Assembly: GCA_964518475.1 (NCBI GenBank)
Contig: CAZFGR010000003.1
Coordinates: 32,001 to 96,000 of the forward strand
DNA: 64,000 nucleotides
Direction: 5' to 3'
Source of the DNA: an uncultured Nitrososphaerota archaeon
GTDB taxonomy: Archaea > Asgardarchaeota > Njordarchaeia > Njordarchaeales > Njordarchaeaceae
Shown: in pieces, positions 1 through 8,807 of the stretch
Position numbering within the stretch: position 1 is the stretch's first letter
Layout of the letters: each line of letters opens with the position of its first letter
Made by a program: the position numbers and the translations under genes
The notes under the pieces: model-generated
What the model was told of the DNA's origin: nothing
The model's database searches: none
The model's input: the letters and a program-made list of their open reading frames with translations, nothing else

Positions 1-2
1 AA

Positions 3-782
3 GAGGAGAAAGGTTTACTTAGGGAAATGCGAGAACTTGCGAAAGTACTAAAACCTGATGAGATAATCCTTGTGATTGATGGTATGATAGGTCAGCGTGC
101 TTACGAGCAAGCTAAAGCATTCGCCGAAACTACTCCGATAGGCTCAATAATTGTGACTAAATTAGATGGTTCTGCTCGTGGAGGAGGAGCTTTAACAGCA
201 GCAGCTACTACTGGAGCACCTATAAAATTCATAGGAGTAGGAGAGAAGATCGAGGATCTTGAACCATATGTTCCACAAAGATTCGTTGCACGGTTATTAG
301 GTATCCCAGACCCCGAATTCTTCGCAAGATTAGCAGAAGAGATTCCTATCTCAAAAAGCGTTACTAGTGGAAAAATAACGTTAAGGGACCTCCTAACTTA
401 TTATGAATCAATAGCGGGTAAAAAAAGCATTATCAATCGTTTCAAGGAAATGTTGCATTTAGATCGTTTTGGAGACAAATTTATTGAAGGACAGATTAAG
501 AGGCAATTGGCTATTCTCAGAAGTATGAGCGAGGAAGAACTAGATAATCCAGCCCTACTAAAAAATCCAGAACGATTGGAAAGAATTGCAAGAGGATCGG
601 GCACAAGTGTGATCGAAGTCAGAAGACTTATTCAACAATTCGAAAAAATGCGTAAATTAATAAGAGCCTTAATGAGGTCTAGAAGGATATCTAAGGAGGT
701 TGCATTGGCAAAAATTATGCAAGGAGATTTCGAAAAATCTGAGTTAGCTGAGTTACGAAAGTATCTGAAGGGTGCAGCCTAG
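3..782 (+). CDS. srp54: Signal recognition particle protein SRP54 (5' part outside the window)
   Basis: SRP GTPase motifs DGMIGQ, TKLDGSARGGGA and PIKFIGVGEKIEDLE; M-domain RNA-binding motif SMSEEELDNP...RIARGSG. The frame is open from the window start. Confidence 0.9.
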   Translation, partial: EEKGLLREMRELAKVLKPDEIILVIDGMIGQRAYEQAKAFAETTPIGSIIVTKLDGSARGGGALTAAATTGAPIKFIGVGEKIEDLEPYVPQRFVARLLGIPDPEFFARLAEEIPISKSVTSGKITLRDLLTYYESIAGKKSIINRFKEMLHLDRFGDKFIEGQIKRQLAILRSMSEEELDNPALLKNPERLERIARGSGTSVIEVRRLIQQFEKMRKLIRALMRSRRISKEVALAKIMQGDFEKSELAELRKYLKGAA

Positions 783-1682
783 GTGGTTAATGAAGCACAA
801 TTTTTTCACGTAGCCATTACCAGGGAATATCTAGTAAGCAATGTACTGGACACAAAAGTAATTTTCCTCAGCATGAGAATGCCCGCTTTTAACTCCAGAT
901 ATTTCGAGCTGATTAAATTAGATGGTTCTCCACTAGGAAGTATAAAGAAGGGAAAACTAGACAACTGCTACTTATATTATAAAATACGCTCATTAGAACC
1001 AAAAGCGAGCATGGTAATTTCTAGCACAGTTTTCTTAAAAAGGAAAGAAGATGCATTTTTCCCTAAGATAAAGGACTTAGGACAAATTAACGAGATTGCT
1101 CGAGGAAATAAAGTACTATCTTATTTGAGAGATTCTTCAGAATACATTACTAGACGCGTAAGAAAAATTGCTCAACGCTTTCTAAAGAAAACCAATGATT
1201 TACAAGAAATAGAACATCAATTAATGGCGTTCCTTACAAGAAATTTTCGAAAAGTTGAGACGCATGGAGAAGATCCGTTCTTAGTATTTCAGAGGAAATA
1301 TGCTTCTCCGGTAGACCTAGCTATAGCCTTTATCCTTCTTAACATTAGTATGGGAGTACCAGCAAGATTAGTTGAGGGATTACTTCTAAATCAAGCAGAA
1401 AAAAACCTACGGGAACATTATTGGTGTGAAATTCTCTCTTCTAAAGGGTGGATTCCTTACGATCCCTGGTTAAATTTAGAGGGTATGATATCATTAGCAC
1501 ACATTCCCATAAAGATAGAGAATCCCTTTAGAAGATTCCCAAACATTAAAATTAGATATAAAGTTGTCAAAAGAACAAGCAGGAAAGCTATCAGGATAAT
1601 AGAGAACGGAATAAAGATTCGTAGCTTTATGGATGGTGCTATCATAACACTAGAAAGAAATGTTGAGAAAATAGTTTACTAA
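783..1682 (+). CDS. Transglutaminase-like domain protein, probably inactive
   Basis: GVPARLVEG...HYWCEI...GWIPYDP is the TGase-like signature. The expected G-x-C nucleophile position reads ASP (YASPVDLA). Confidence 0.75.
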   Translation: MVNEAQFFHVAITREYLVSNVLDTKVIFLSMRMPAFNSRYFELIKLDGSPLGSIKKGKLDNCYLYYKIRSLEPKASMVISSTVFLKRKEDAFFPKIKDLGQINEIARGNKVLSYLRDSSEYITRRVRKIAQRFLKKTNDLQEIEHQLMAFLTRNFRKVETHGEDPFLVFQRKYASPVDLAIAFILLNISMGVPARLVEGLLLNQAEKNLREHYWCEILSSKGWIPYDPWLNLEGMISLAHIPIKIENPFRRFPNIKIRYKVVKRTSRKAIRIIENGIKIRSFMDGAIITLERNVEKIVY

Positions 1683-1693
1683 TTCTTTCTGAT

Positions 1694-2011
1694 TTATTTG
1701 ACCCTATAACGTCGAAGTAACATGTCCTCTGGGAGCTCTTTTCTTTCATCACGGGCTCTTATCTTTACTATACCTAAGAATACCGCACATGATACGCAGT
1801 AATACCTTACAACTCTCTTCTTAGGGATATAAGTTCCTTGCTTTTCAAGCTCCTTCGCTATACTCCCTGGAACTGTTGGTACCCATGCTACTCGCTTCAC
1901 CGCCTTATCTTCAGGGATTCTCTTACCACATTGGGAGCAGAAAACATATTCACTTCTACCCCTGCTACCCTTGCCCTTTGATCTACCTCTGTTCTTCCTC
2001 TTAACTGGCAT
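1694..2011 (-). CDS. rps26e: 30S ribosomal protein eS26
   Basis: MPVKRKNRGRSK, C-x2-C...PEDKA, YCVSCAV...VKIRA. Confidence 0.96.
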   Translation of the reverse strand: MPVKRKNRGRSKGKGSRGRSEYVFCSQCGKRIPEDKAVKRVAWVPTVPGSIAKELEKQGTYIPKKRVVRYYCVSCAVFLGIVKIRARDERKELPEDMLLRRYRVK

Positions 2012-2068
2012 TCTTTCTCACCCTTATTAACTTCATTTCAACAGTGCTATACTGACTAACGATAAAAA

Positions 2069-2653
2069 CTACTTTCGTCTTTTAGCCTTTTTATATTTTC
2101 TGTAAGCGTTTATTTCTATGATGATTAATGGGATCATAATACTAGTTAATACTAGGCCTTCCAGTATCACGAAAATACGCCATACAGAATCCCAATCGAT
2201 TTTCTCTTTAGCCCTGATCTCCACTTGTATACGTAAATCTTCAGAAAAAACAACGTATTTCACGCCATTTTTATCGTAGTATGTAACCTTTGCACGTCCA
2301 AGAGATACAACGGGAATATTTGGATTTGTTACACTAACATTATAAGTGAACATTATCGAAACATTAGGAGGAATAATGTCCCAGTGAGCAGTAGTTTTAC
2401 CAGAAATGTTAAAGGACCATGAGGGGAGGGGATTATCTTCAAGAGTCACGTTATAAGCAGTGTCATTACCTATGTTGATGATCCAGATACGTATCTGGAA
2501 CCACTCTTTAAGCCCTACCTTATCCTTAGAAGCTTCTTTAATAACTGCTAAAACGGGTATACTTTTTTGCTGCTCTGCTTCCTTAACTGGTATTGTCGAA
2601 GCAGAAAAAAGTATTAGGAACAGCAATAGAGCGACTTGCTTTTTAGTAATCAT
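2069..2653 (-). CDS. TRAP-beta (SSR2)-like / BatD-like type I membrane protein
   Basis: Signal peptide; Ig-like domain NIGNDTAYNVTLED...SG...WDIIPP...AKVTY; single TM ending SIMIPLII...RKY; basic tail. The pattern parallels eukaryotic TRAP-beta. Confidence 0.7.
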   Translation of the reverse strand: MITKKQVALLLFLILFSASTIPVKEAEQQKSIPVLAVIKEASKDKVGLKEWFQIRIWIINIGNDTAYNVTLEDNPLPSWSFNISGKTTAHWDIIPPNVSIMFTYNVSVTNPNIPVVSLGRAKVTYYDKNGVKYVVFSEDLRIQVEIRAKEKIDWDSVWRIFVILEGLVLTSIMIPLIIIEINAYRKYKKAKRRK

Positions 2654-2879
2654 TTTTCGATTACCTCACGAGTTTTCTTGATTTCTTCTTAGGCCTCGAA
2701 ATCGACATATCAAAATCTCTTTTTTGAGTAAAGATAGATATTTAACACCCTTTAGATACTCTAGATATATAATGACAATGTGTTATATCCGGAATCATCA
2801 ATCGAACTTTGACGAAGGGTTTTTCACTATCACAACATAACTAGTGTAATAAAAATTTTGTCGGGATGGGAAAGAAAAA

Positions 2880-4868
2880 ATGAGGATATGGCAATGGTTG
2901 TCACAAATACCAGCTACGCAAAAGGACTTAGTATTTAAAGAGGGCATAAGATCTTCTGATGAGCAGATAATAGCATATCTGCTTAGTTACATGGAGTCAC
3001 AAACCACGAAGATTTCTGATATTGAGGTAATGATAAAAGAGCTATTACGTGAGGTTGAAAAGAGTGATAAATTGGCTATAAAATCGTTAGTTCATGAGGC
3101 GCTGGGGAGAATATTTTTTGAGAGAGGACTATATTCAGCTGCTTTTTATCAATTTGAAGAAGCTCTGAGAAATCTCAAGTTAGCATATGAAAAAGAAGGG
3201 CGAGAGGAGGATGAGGCGATAGCTAAACTCCATACTTGGGTAGGTCTTTGTGCATTAAGAGTAAATGAATTTAAGAGGGCGGCGGAGGCTTTTGGGCGAG
3301 CTATAGATATCTTAGAGGAGAAAATCAGCCCCACAGCGTCCGTTTTAGGCGAATTACATGCATTGAGGGCGGATTCTCTTTCCTTTTTTGCGCCTAATGA
3401 TGCTTTGGAAGAATTCGAAACAGCGCATGAATTACTATTAAGAAATCCTAGCCCCCTATTCATTAGTAATGCTATGAAATTATTTGCAGCACTTTCTTTC
3501 AGAAAGAATTTTGAGGAAGCAGTTTCTTTTTTGAATGACTTATCCAACAATATTCTAAGCAGTATTCGGGAGATGAATATCGGAATTTACGAATCATTTA
3601 GAAAAGTTATTCGTAATACTTATCTTAAGGCGTTAAGAATAATCAGAGTAGAAAAACCAAGTAGTATAGAGAGGCTATTACTTGGAGCAGACACTGTAAA
3701 AGGCTTATACTTCATCTTTAGATCATTTTTGAAGCCCTCTATTTCTTTTAGAGAGCTTGGAAGCATTAATACGGCGATTTTGGCAGCTAGCGAGCTTGGA
3801 AACATTAAAGTTTACGAGAATTTAATGAGTAGAAAGGAATATTTAACGCGACTATGGGACTATATGAGATTATCGTCGTACAAACTAAGAATGGTTAACT
3901 CAAGAGCCTTAGAGCATAACTTAGCAAAGTTGAAGACAGAATACAGAGACATTCTTGTCATTAGCTTCATAAAGCTTTTAGAATCTCATGAATATCTCCT
4001 TATAACACATGCGTTTTCGCACAAAGAATTCAGTTCTCTCACGAGATTAAGTATTGATGATCGATATCTGGATCTGAAATACGAAAAACCAGAAGAGATA
4101 GCTAATGAGCTAAGTCTTCTCTTACCGGATAAATTCCTTGAAAAGCTGAATTATCTAACTAGTGATTGGCTGGTAATTTTATCACTGGACGGATTTCTTC
4201 ATGAAATTCCTTGGGAATTGATTTCTATTAATTCTTCAGAGAAACCTTTTCTCTCTCTTCGATGCCCTGTCGTCCGTGTAGCGTCTTTGCAACAAGTTAG
4301 TACATGGCAATTATTCTCTCAGAAATCTGATAATGTGGCATTATTAGAAGTTTCGCCAGATAGGGTGAGTGAGGGTAAATTAGTTGGAAAGTTACTAAAG
4401 GCACGAGGATACCGGACGTATATGAATATTGGAGACAACGTTAGCGTGATACTAACAGAAAATCTTAACGTTCTTTATTACAGCTGGGAACCCGTTACTA
4501 CACCGGATGATCAACCAATAATAAGACTAGGTAGCCTAATTTTAATGCCTCAGGATATAGAAAGACTGGATCTTAGCGGAGGGCTTGCGATTTTGAATAT
4601 TAATAATGGTGTGAGAGTTATTGAGGATAGTCAAGGTCTTCATTCTCTCCCATTAGCATTTAACATGGCGGGCTTTCAATCAGTTATAACTACAATCGGT
4701 AATGTGGATTATGATGTAAGATCTAGAGTTATAGAAACGCTTCTAGCAGACTTAAAGATGAGAAATATTAGCGATAGGTTATTAATAACTAGAAGAATGT
4801 TGTACCAGGATAACAACCAGGACTGGTACAAGTACGTACTGTATGGCTCACCAACAGTTATATTATAG
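2880..4868 (+). CDS. TPR-repeat + CHAT-like domain protein, catalytic dyad apparently lost
   Basis: N-terminal TPR-like repeats; CHAT hallmarks LDGFLHEIPWELI, AFNMAGFQSVI and C-terminal WYKYVLYGSP. Confidence 0.75.
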   Translation: MRIWQWLSQIPATQKDLVFKEGIRSSDEQIIAYLLSYMESQTTKISDIEVMIKELLREVEKSDKLAIKSLVHEALGRIFFERGLYSAAFYQFEEALRNLKLAYEKEGREEDEAIAKLHTWVGLCALRVNEFKRAAEAFGRAIDILEEKISPTASVLGELHALRADSLSFFAPNDALEEFETAHELLLRNPSPLFISNAMKLFAALSFRKNFEEAVSFLNDLSNNILSSIREMNIGIYESFRKVIRNTYLKALRIIRVEKPSSIERLLLGADTVKGLYFIFRSFLKPSISFRELGSINTAILAASELGNIKVYENLMSRKEYLTRLWDYMRLSSYKLRMVNSRALEHNLAKLKTEYRDILVISFIKLLESHEYLLITHAFSHKEFSSLTRLSIDDRYLDLKYEKPEEIANELSLLLPDKFLEKLNYLTSDWLVILSLDGFLHEIPWELISINSSEKPFLSLRCPVVRVASLQQVSTWQLFSQKSDNVALLEVSPDRVSEGKLVGKLLKARGYRTYMNIGDNVSVILTENLNVLYYSWEPVTTPDDQPIIRLGSLILMPQDIERLDLSGGLAILNINNGVRVIEDSQGLHSLPLAFNMAGFQSVITTIGNVDYDVRSRVIETLLADLKMRNISDRLLITRRMLYQDNNQDWYKYVLYGSPTVIL

Positions 4869-4878
4869 GGGTGCCGAG

Positions 4879-5493
4879 TTGAATAAGGAGGATAAGAGAG
4901 GATTGTTGGTCGCTTTTGAAGGTATTGACGGTAGTGGAAAATCAACACAAGCAAGAATGCTTTATGAATGGCTTCTTAGCAAAGGTTATAGAGCTATCCT
5001 ATTAAGGGAACCTACAGATGGGATTTATGGGAAACTAATTCGCAAAAAGTTAAGAAACGGAGATGCGTCTCCCGAAGAAATTTATAAGCTGTTCCTACTA
5101 GATAGGATAGAGGATGTAAGCAAGAATATTCTCCCAGCACTGAAGAGGGATGTGATTGTAGTCATAGATCGCTATTTCATTTCAACTATAGCATACCAAG
5201 GAGCAAGTGGAATACCTATTGAGCGAATCCTTAAAGATCATCAATCTAATAAAATACCATTTCCAGATATTGTTTTCATCCTAGATTTACCAGTAGAGGA
5301 AGCTATTAACAGATTGAGAAGAATAAAAAAAGAGGCGGATATATTTGAGAAAGCCGATTTTCTAAGAAAAGTGCGGAGCATCTATTTGAAGGTAGATAAA
5401 TATATACCATGTAAAGTCGTCGTATTAGATGCAACAAAAAACGTAAAAGAAATTCATAACATAATCGTAAACTTTGTTTCACAAATATTATAG
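4879..5493 (+). CDS. tmk: Thymidylate kinase
   Basis: AFEGIDGSGKST P-loop, REP, DRYFISTIAYQG. TTG start chosen at 4879. Confidence 0.95.
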   Translation: MNKEDKRGLLVAFEGIDGSGKSTQARMLYEWLLSKGYRAILLREPTDGIYGKLIRKKLRNGDASPEEIYKLFLLDRIEDVSKNILPALKRDVIVVIDRYFISTIAYQGASGIPIERILKDHQSNKIPFPDIVFILDLPVEEAINRLRRIKKEADIFEKADFLRKVRSIYLKVDKYIPCKVVVLDATKNVKEIHNIIVNFVSQIL

Positions 5494-5512
5494 AACCGGG
5501 GAGGTCTAAGAA

Positions 5513-6346
5513 ATGAGTAGTAAGAAAGTTCTACCAGGATCTTATGTGAAATTATCCTTCGAAGCTAAGACTGAAGATGGAGAAATAACTGAATCAACTA
5601 AAAGAAGAGTGCAGAGAGATGAAGAATTCGAAGACGTAGATATGCCAATAATAATAAAGATTGGAGAAAAAGAAGTTTTCTTTGAAGATTTTCTCCTTAA
5701 TCTAGAAGAAGGAAAAGAATACGACATAGAAGTCCCTCCAGAGAAAGCTTATGGTGTGAGGGATCCTAAGAAGATAGAGACGATTCCTCTTAAAAGGCTG
5801 AGGAGCTTAACTGGTGAGAAGAGATTTAGCATAGGCCAAATTCTCTATGATGCGAATGGACAATATTATGGAAGGATAATCTATATCGGGTCAAGAGACG
5901 TAACCATAGATCGAAACCACCCATATGCCGGGAAGAAGATAATAGTGCATCTTAAAATTCATAAAGTAGTATTACCCTCTGATCCCGAGGATGAGCGTCT
6001 AAAAGTGATACTAGAACGCTACCTTGGAGAGGAATTGTTAGAGAAAATCAATGCAGAAAGCAAAGATAAAGAAGTAGAGATAGAGTTCCCAGCGAGTGTA
6101 TTAATGAGCGAAGATTTTCGAAGGCTGTTAAGGACTGTTTATGTGGTTAGAAAAGCCATAGCAGAAGAAATTATGCGTGAACTTAACTTTGATAGAGTAC
6201 GGTTCATTGACACCTTTTCAATTAGAGAGACGCCAAAAGTAGAAACACCCTCTATAGTACCCTCACAACCAATTACTGAAGAAACGGTGAGTGAAGAGAA
6301 GAGAGAAGAGGAAATCGCAGAGAAAACCGAGGAAAAGAGTGCGTAA
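5513..6346 (+). CDS. Long archaeal FKBP-type peptidyl-prolyl isomerase (SlyD-like)
   Basis: VPPEKAYG.RDP, DRNHPYAGK, IF insertion domain, acidic C-tail. Confidence 0.9.
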   Translation: MSSKKVLPGSYVKLSFEAKTEDGEITESTKRRVQRDEEFEDVDMPIIIKIGEKEVFFEDFLLNLEEGKEYDIEVPPEKAYGVRDPKKIETIPLKRLRSLTGEKRFSIGQILYDANGQYYGRIIYIGSRDVTIDRNHPYAGKKIIVHLKIHKVVLPSDPEDERLKVILERYLGEELLEKINAESKDKEVEIEFPASVLMSEDFRRLLRTVYVVRKAIAEEIMRELNFDRVRFIDTFSIRETPKVETPSIVPSQPITEETVSEEKREEEIAEKTEEKSA

Positions 6347-6348
6347 AA

Positions 6349-8481
6349 TTAGCGTTCTCTAAAACCCCATCTATTTTCTATAGCTGCGCCGCGCTTGAAA
6401 TCGCGCATCTCTCGAGCACTGATTATTGCTCGTCCATAAGCTATCAAATCTTTTTCTTCATTTAGTACAAAGACTTCATCATTCGCCCGTATATTATCAT
6501 CTAATTCGATTATGAATTTCGAGAAAATTGTTCTACCTGCGCGAACGAAGGGCTCTGCTTCCTTATTAACAACTACCGTGTATCTTAGCTCGTCGCGGAA
6601 TTTCTTCCACATCCTATATGCGAGAAGCGGATGGGGAACGAGTTTAAAGTACGTTGGTGCTATAGCTGCCAGTAGCCATATTCTACCTTTCTCTATAAAC
6701 ATTTCCTTAAATGGATCCTCTGGCACCGGTTTACCTAGTTTTTTGCGCTTTTCTACATGCTTTTCTATCTCTGGAATAATTACATTCTCAATTTCTTCCT
6801 GAGTGATATCTGCTGCGAAGATTTTTCTAGGTCTGCCAGTGGATGGTGAGTACTCTATCTCTGCTTTTTCTATAACATCTTCAGCACCTGGTCCGAACTG
6901 ATATCTTAGGAATGCCTTAACTCTTAGTAATTCCTCTTTTTCTTGGGAAAGTATTCCTACATCCTGTCCCTCATAGATCTCTGAAACACCCAATTTTTCA
7001 GCGATTTTTCTAGCGTTATCCTCTCGTGTATCATACACATAAATTTCCTCGACACCCTTCTCCATAAGGTATTCTATGAATTTCCTTACAAACTCAAGAG
7101 CATTCTCGTTTATTCCAGTATAAGGTGACATATGTTGGAAAAGAGGATACGCATTTCTAATTTCACGGGGTATTATGTAAAAGACGGGGTTAATGATCAG
7201 TACTTGAGCACCCAATAGAGACGGCAAGTCATTTGAGCCTTCTGGGGTCGAGATAATAACTTTGTCGCTCCAAATAAGGATTCTTTCAAAAATACGATCA
7301 CGATACCGTCTAACGACGGGGAGGTATAGTTCCTCATCACGTGTTATCATCAATCCTCGATTTTTGAACGCAGGCTCTAGTTCTTCAAAGAGATTGTATG
7401 CACGTAGATTTCGCTTATCTAATAACCATTTATAAGCCCTAGCTATCTCGGGATGAGAACTAGCACGCTTAGCAACTAGTTGCCATAAAGTACCTTCGTG
7501 TATCGCTTGCTTAATACGTCTTATTTCTGCCTGGGCGACGTATAGGTTATGCATAGCCAGTAAGTGTTGGCGATGCATGGAATCCATACTTAGTAATTCC
7601 TGGGGAGTATATGTAGTGCATATTGGACAATCACAGGGGAAGTATCTTAATTCCTTTAAATGATAGGTGCCGTAGGGGGTTAAGTAGCGGTTATCCTTTG
7701 CATAAAGGGCATAAGCTGCGCTATCAAACGTATCAAAGCCGACTAATACGAATAAAGCAAACATTGCAGGATGTCCTGCACCAAAAAGATGCACTGGGTA
7801 ATTCGTGGGAAGTCGAGATTTGACAATAACAGCGGATTTTATGAGCTGGATTAACTGATAACTTTCCATTAAAGGAACAATGCTACCCACAGCGTACATT
7901 GAGAAGGGATACTTTGTCATATGTTCCACGGAATACTCAAGAAGACTGGGATATGGTACACCATGGATAGGGCCTACCCATATAGTCTTAGAATCTTCAG
8001 TAACATAACCTGCTTCGTAAGCCTCTTTTGCTCTCCGAATAGTCTCGTCAATGAATCTCTTTCTATAGTCAATACTGCCTTTATAAATCGGAATATCAAG
8101 AATAACTCCGATATCTACTCCAATCTTTGACTGAAAATCAATAATTTCGAGATTGGAAACTTCTACATCACCGTAAACCATTAACTGGAAAGCACCACTA
8201 TCCGTCATTATAGCTTTATCCCAGTTAAACGCGCCATGAATTCCCTTTCTGAGAACTAGTTCTCGAAGCTTCTCATCCTTGTAGATAAGATAAGCATTTG
8301 TAATAAAGAGATCAAAACCTAACTTCTTCAAGTCATCCAGCGATACCACTGGTAAGTGAGGATTAATAACAGGGACAAACGCAGGAGTCTCGACCACTCC
8401 ATGAGAAGTATGGAGCTTACCTACTCTCCCAGCTCCATCCTTCGCTACTATCTCGAATACATGCGGCATTATACTCTCCAT
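6349..8481 (-). CDS. tgtA: Archaeosine tRNA-guanine(15) transglycosylase with C-terminal PUA domain
   Basis: VETPAFVPV, MTDSGAFQ, HLFGAGHP, DTFDSAAYA, CDCPIC Zn site, PUA domain. Confidence 0.95.
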   Translation of the reverse strand: MESIMPHVFEIVAKDGAGRVGKLHTSHGVVETPAFVPVINPHLPVVSLDDLKKLGFDLFITNAYLIYKDEKLRELVLRKGIHGAFNWDKAIMTDSGAFQLMVYGDVEVSNLEIIDFQSKIGVDIGVILDIPIYKGSIDYRKRFIDETIRRAKEAYEAGYVTEDSKTIWVGPIHGVPYPSLLEYSVEHMTKYPFSMYAVGSIVPLMESYQLIQLIKSAVIVKSRLPTNYPVHLFGAGHPAMFALFVLVGFDTFDSAAYALYAKDNRYLTPYGTYHLKELRYFPCDCPICTTYTPQELLSMDSMHRQHLLAMHNLYVAQAEIRRIKQAIHEGTLWQLVAKRASSHPEIARAYKWLLDKRNLRAYNLFEELEPAFKNRGLMITRDEELYLPVVRRYRDRIFERILIWSDKVIISTPEGSNDLPSLLGAQVLIINPVFYIIPREIRNAYPLFQHMSPYTGINENALEFVRKFIEYLMEKGVEEIYVYDTREDNARKIAEKLGVSEIYEGQDVGILSQEKEELLRVKAFLRYQFGPGAEDVIEKAEIEYSPSTGRPRKIFAADITQEEIENVIIPEIEKHVEKRKKLGKPVPEDPFKEMFIEKGRIWLLAAIAPTYFKLVPHPLLAYRMWKKFRDELRYTVVVNKEAEPFVRAGRTIFSKFIIELDDNIRANDEVFVLNEEKDLIAYGRAIISAREMRDFKRGAAIENRWGFRER

Positions 8482-8586
8482 CTACAAAATCCAATCATTT
8501 AGAGAATCTTTGAGAGATAAGAATGGGAATCGGAAGATGAGACTTTATAAATCTAAACCTTAGGGAAAGAAAGTTTGATTTATAAG

Positions 8587-8663
8587 TGGCGCCCCGGGCG
8601 GGATTTGAACCCGCGTCGCGGGATTGACAGTCCCGCATGCTAACCGGGCTACACCACCGGGGC
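8587..8663 (-). tRNA. tRNA-Asp(GTC)
   Basis: Reverse complement GCCCCGGTGGTGTAGCCCGG...CT GTC AA...GGTTCAAATCCCGCCCGGGGCGCCA folds as a cloverleaf; CCA is encoded. Confidence 0.96.
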
Positions 8664-8807
8664 TTCTGTGAGGTGTCTCTTAAATTGCCAAATCTTACCT
8701 AGAATACCAATAATCTACTAAATAATGTGTTACTATCTTCACGTCAATTTATTTTTAAATTTTCTGTTTAAGGAGAATGTGTGCATTAGTTTATCTTTCT
8801 CGCCATG

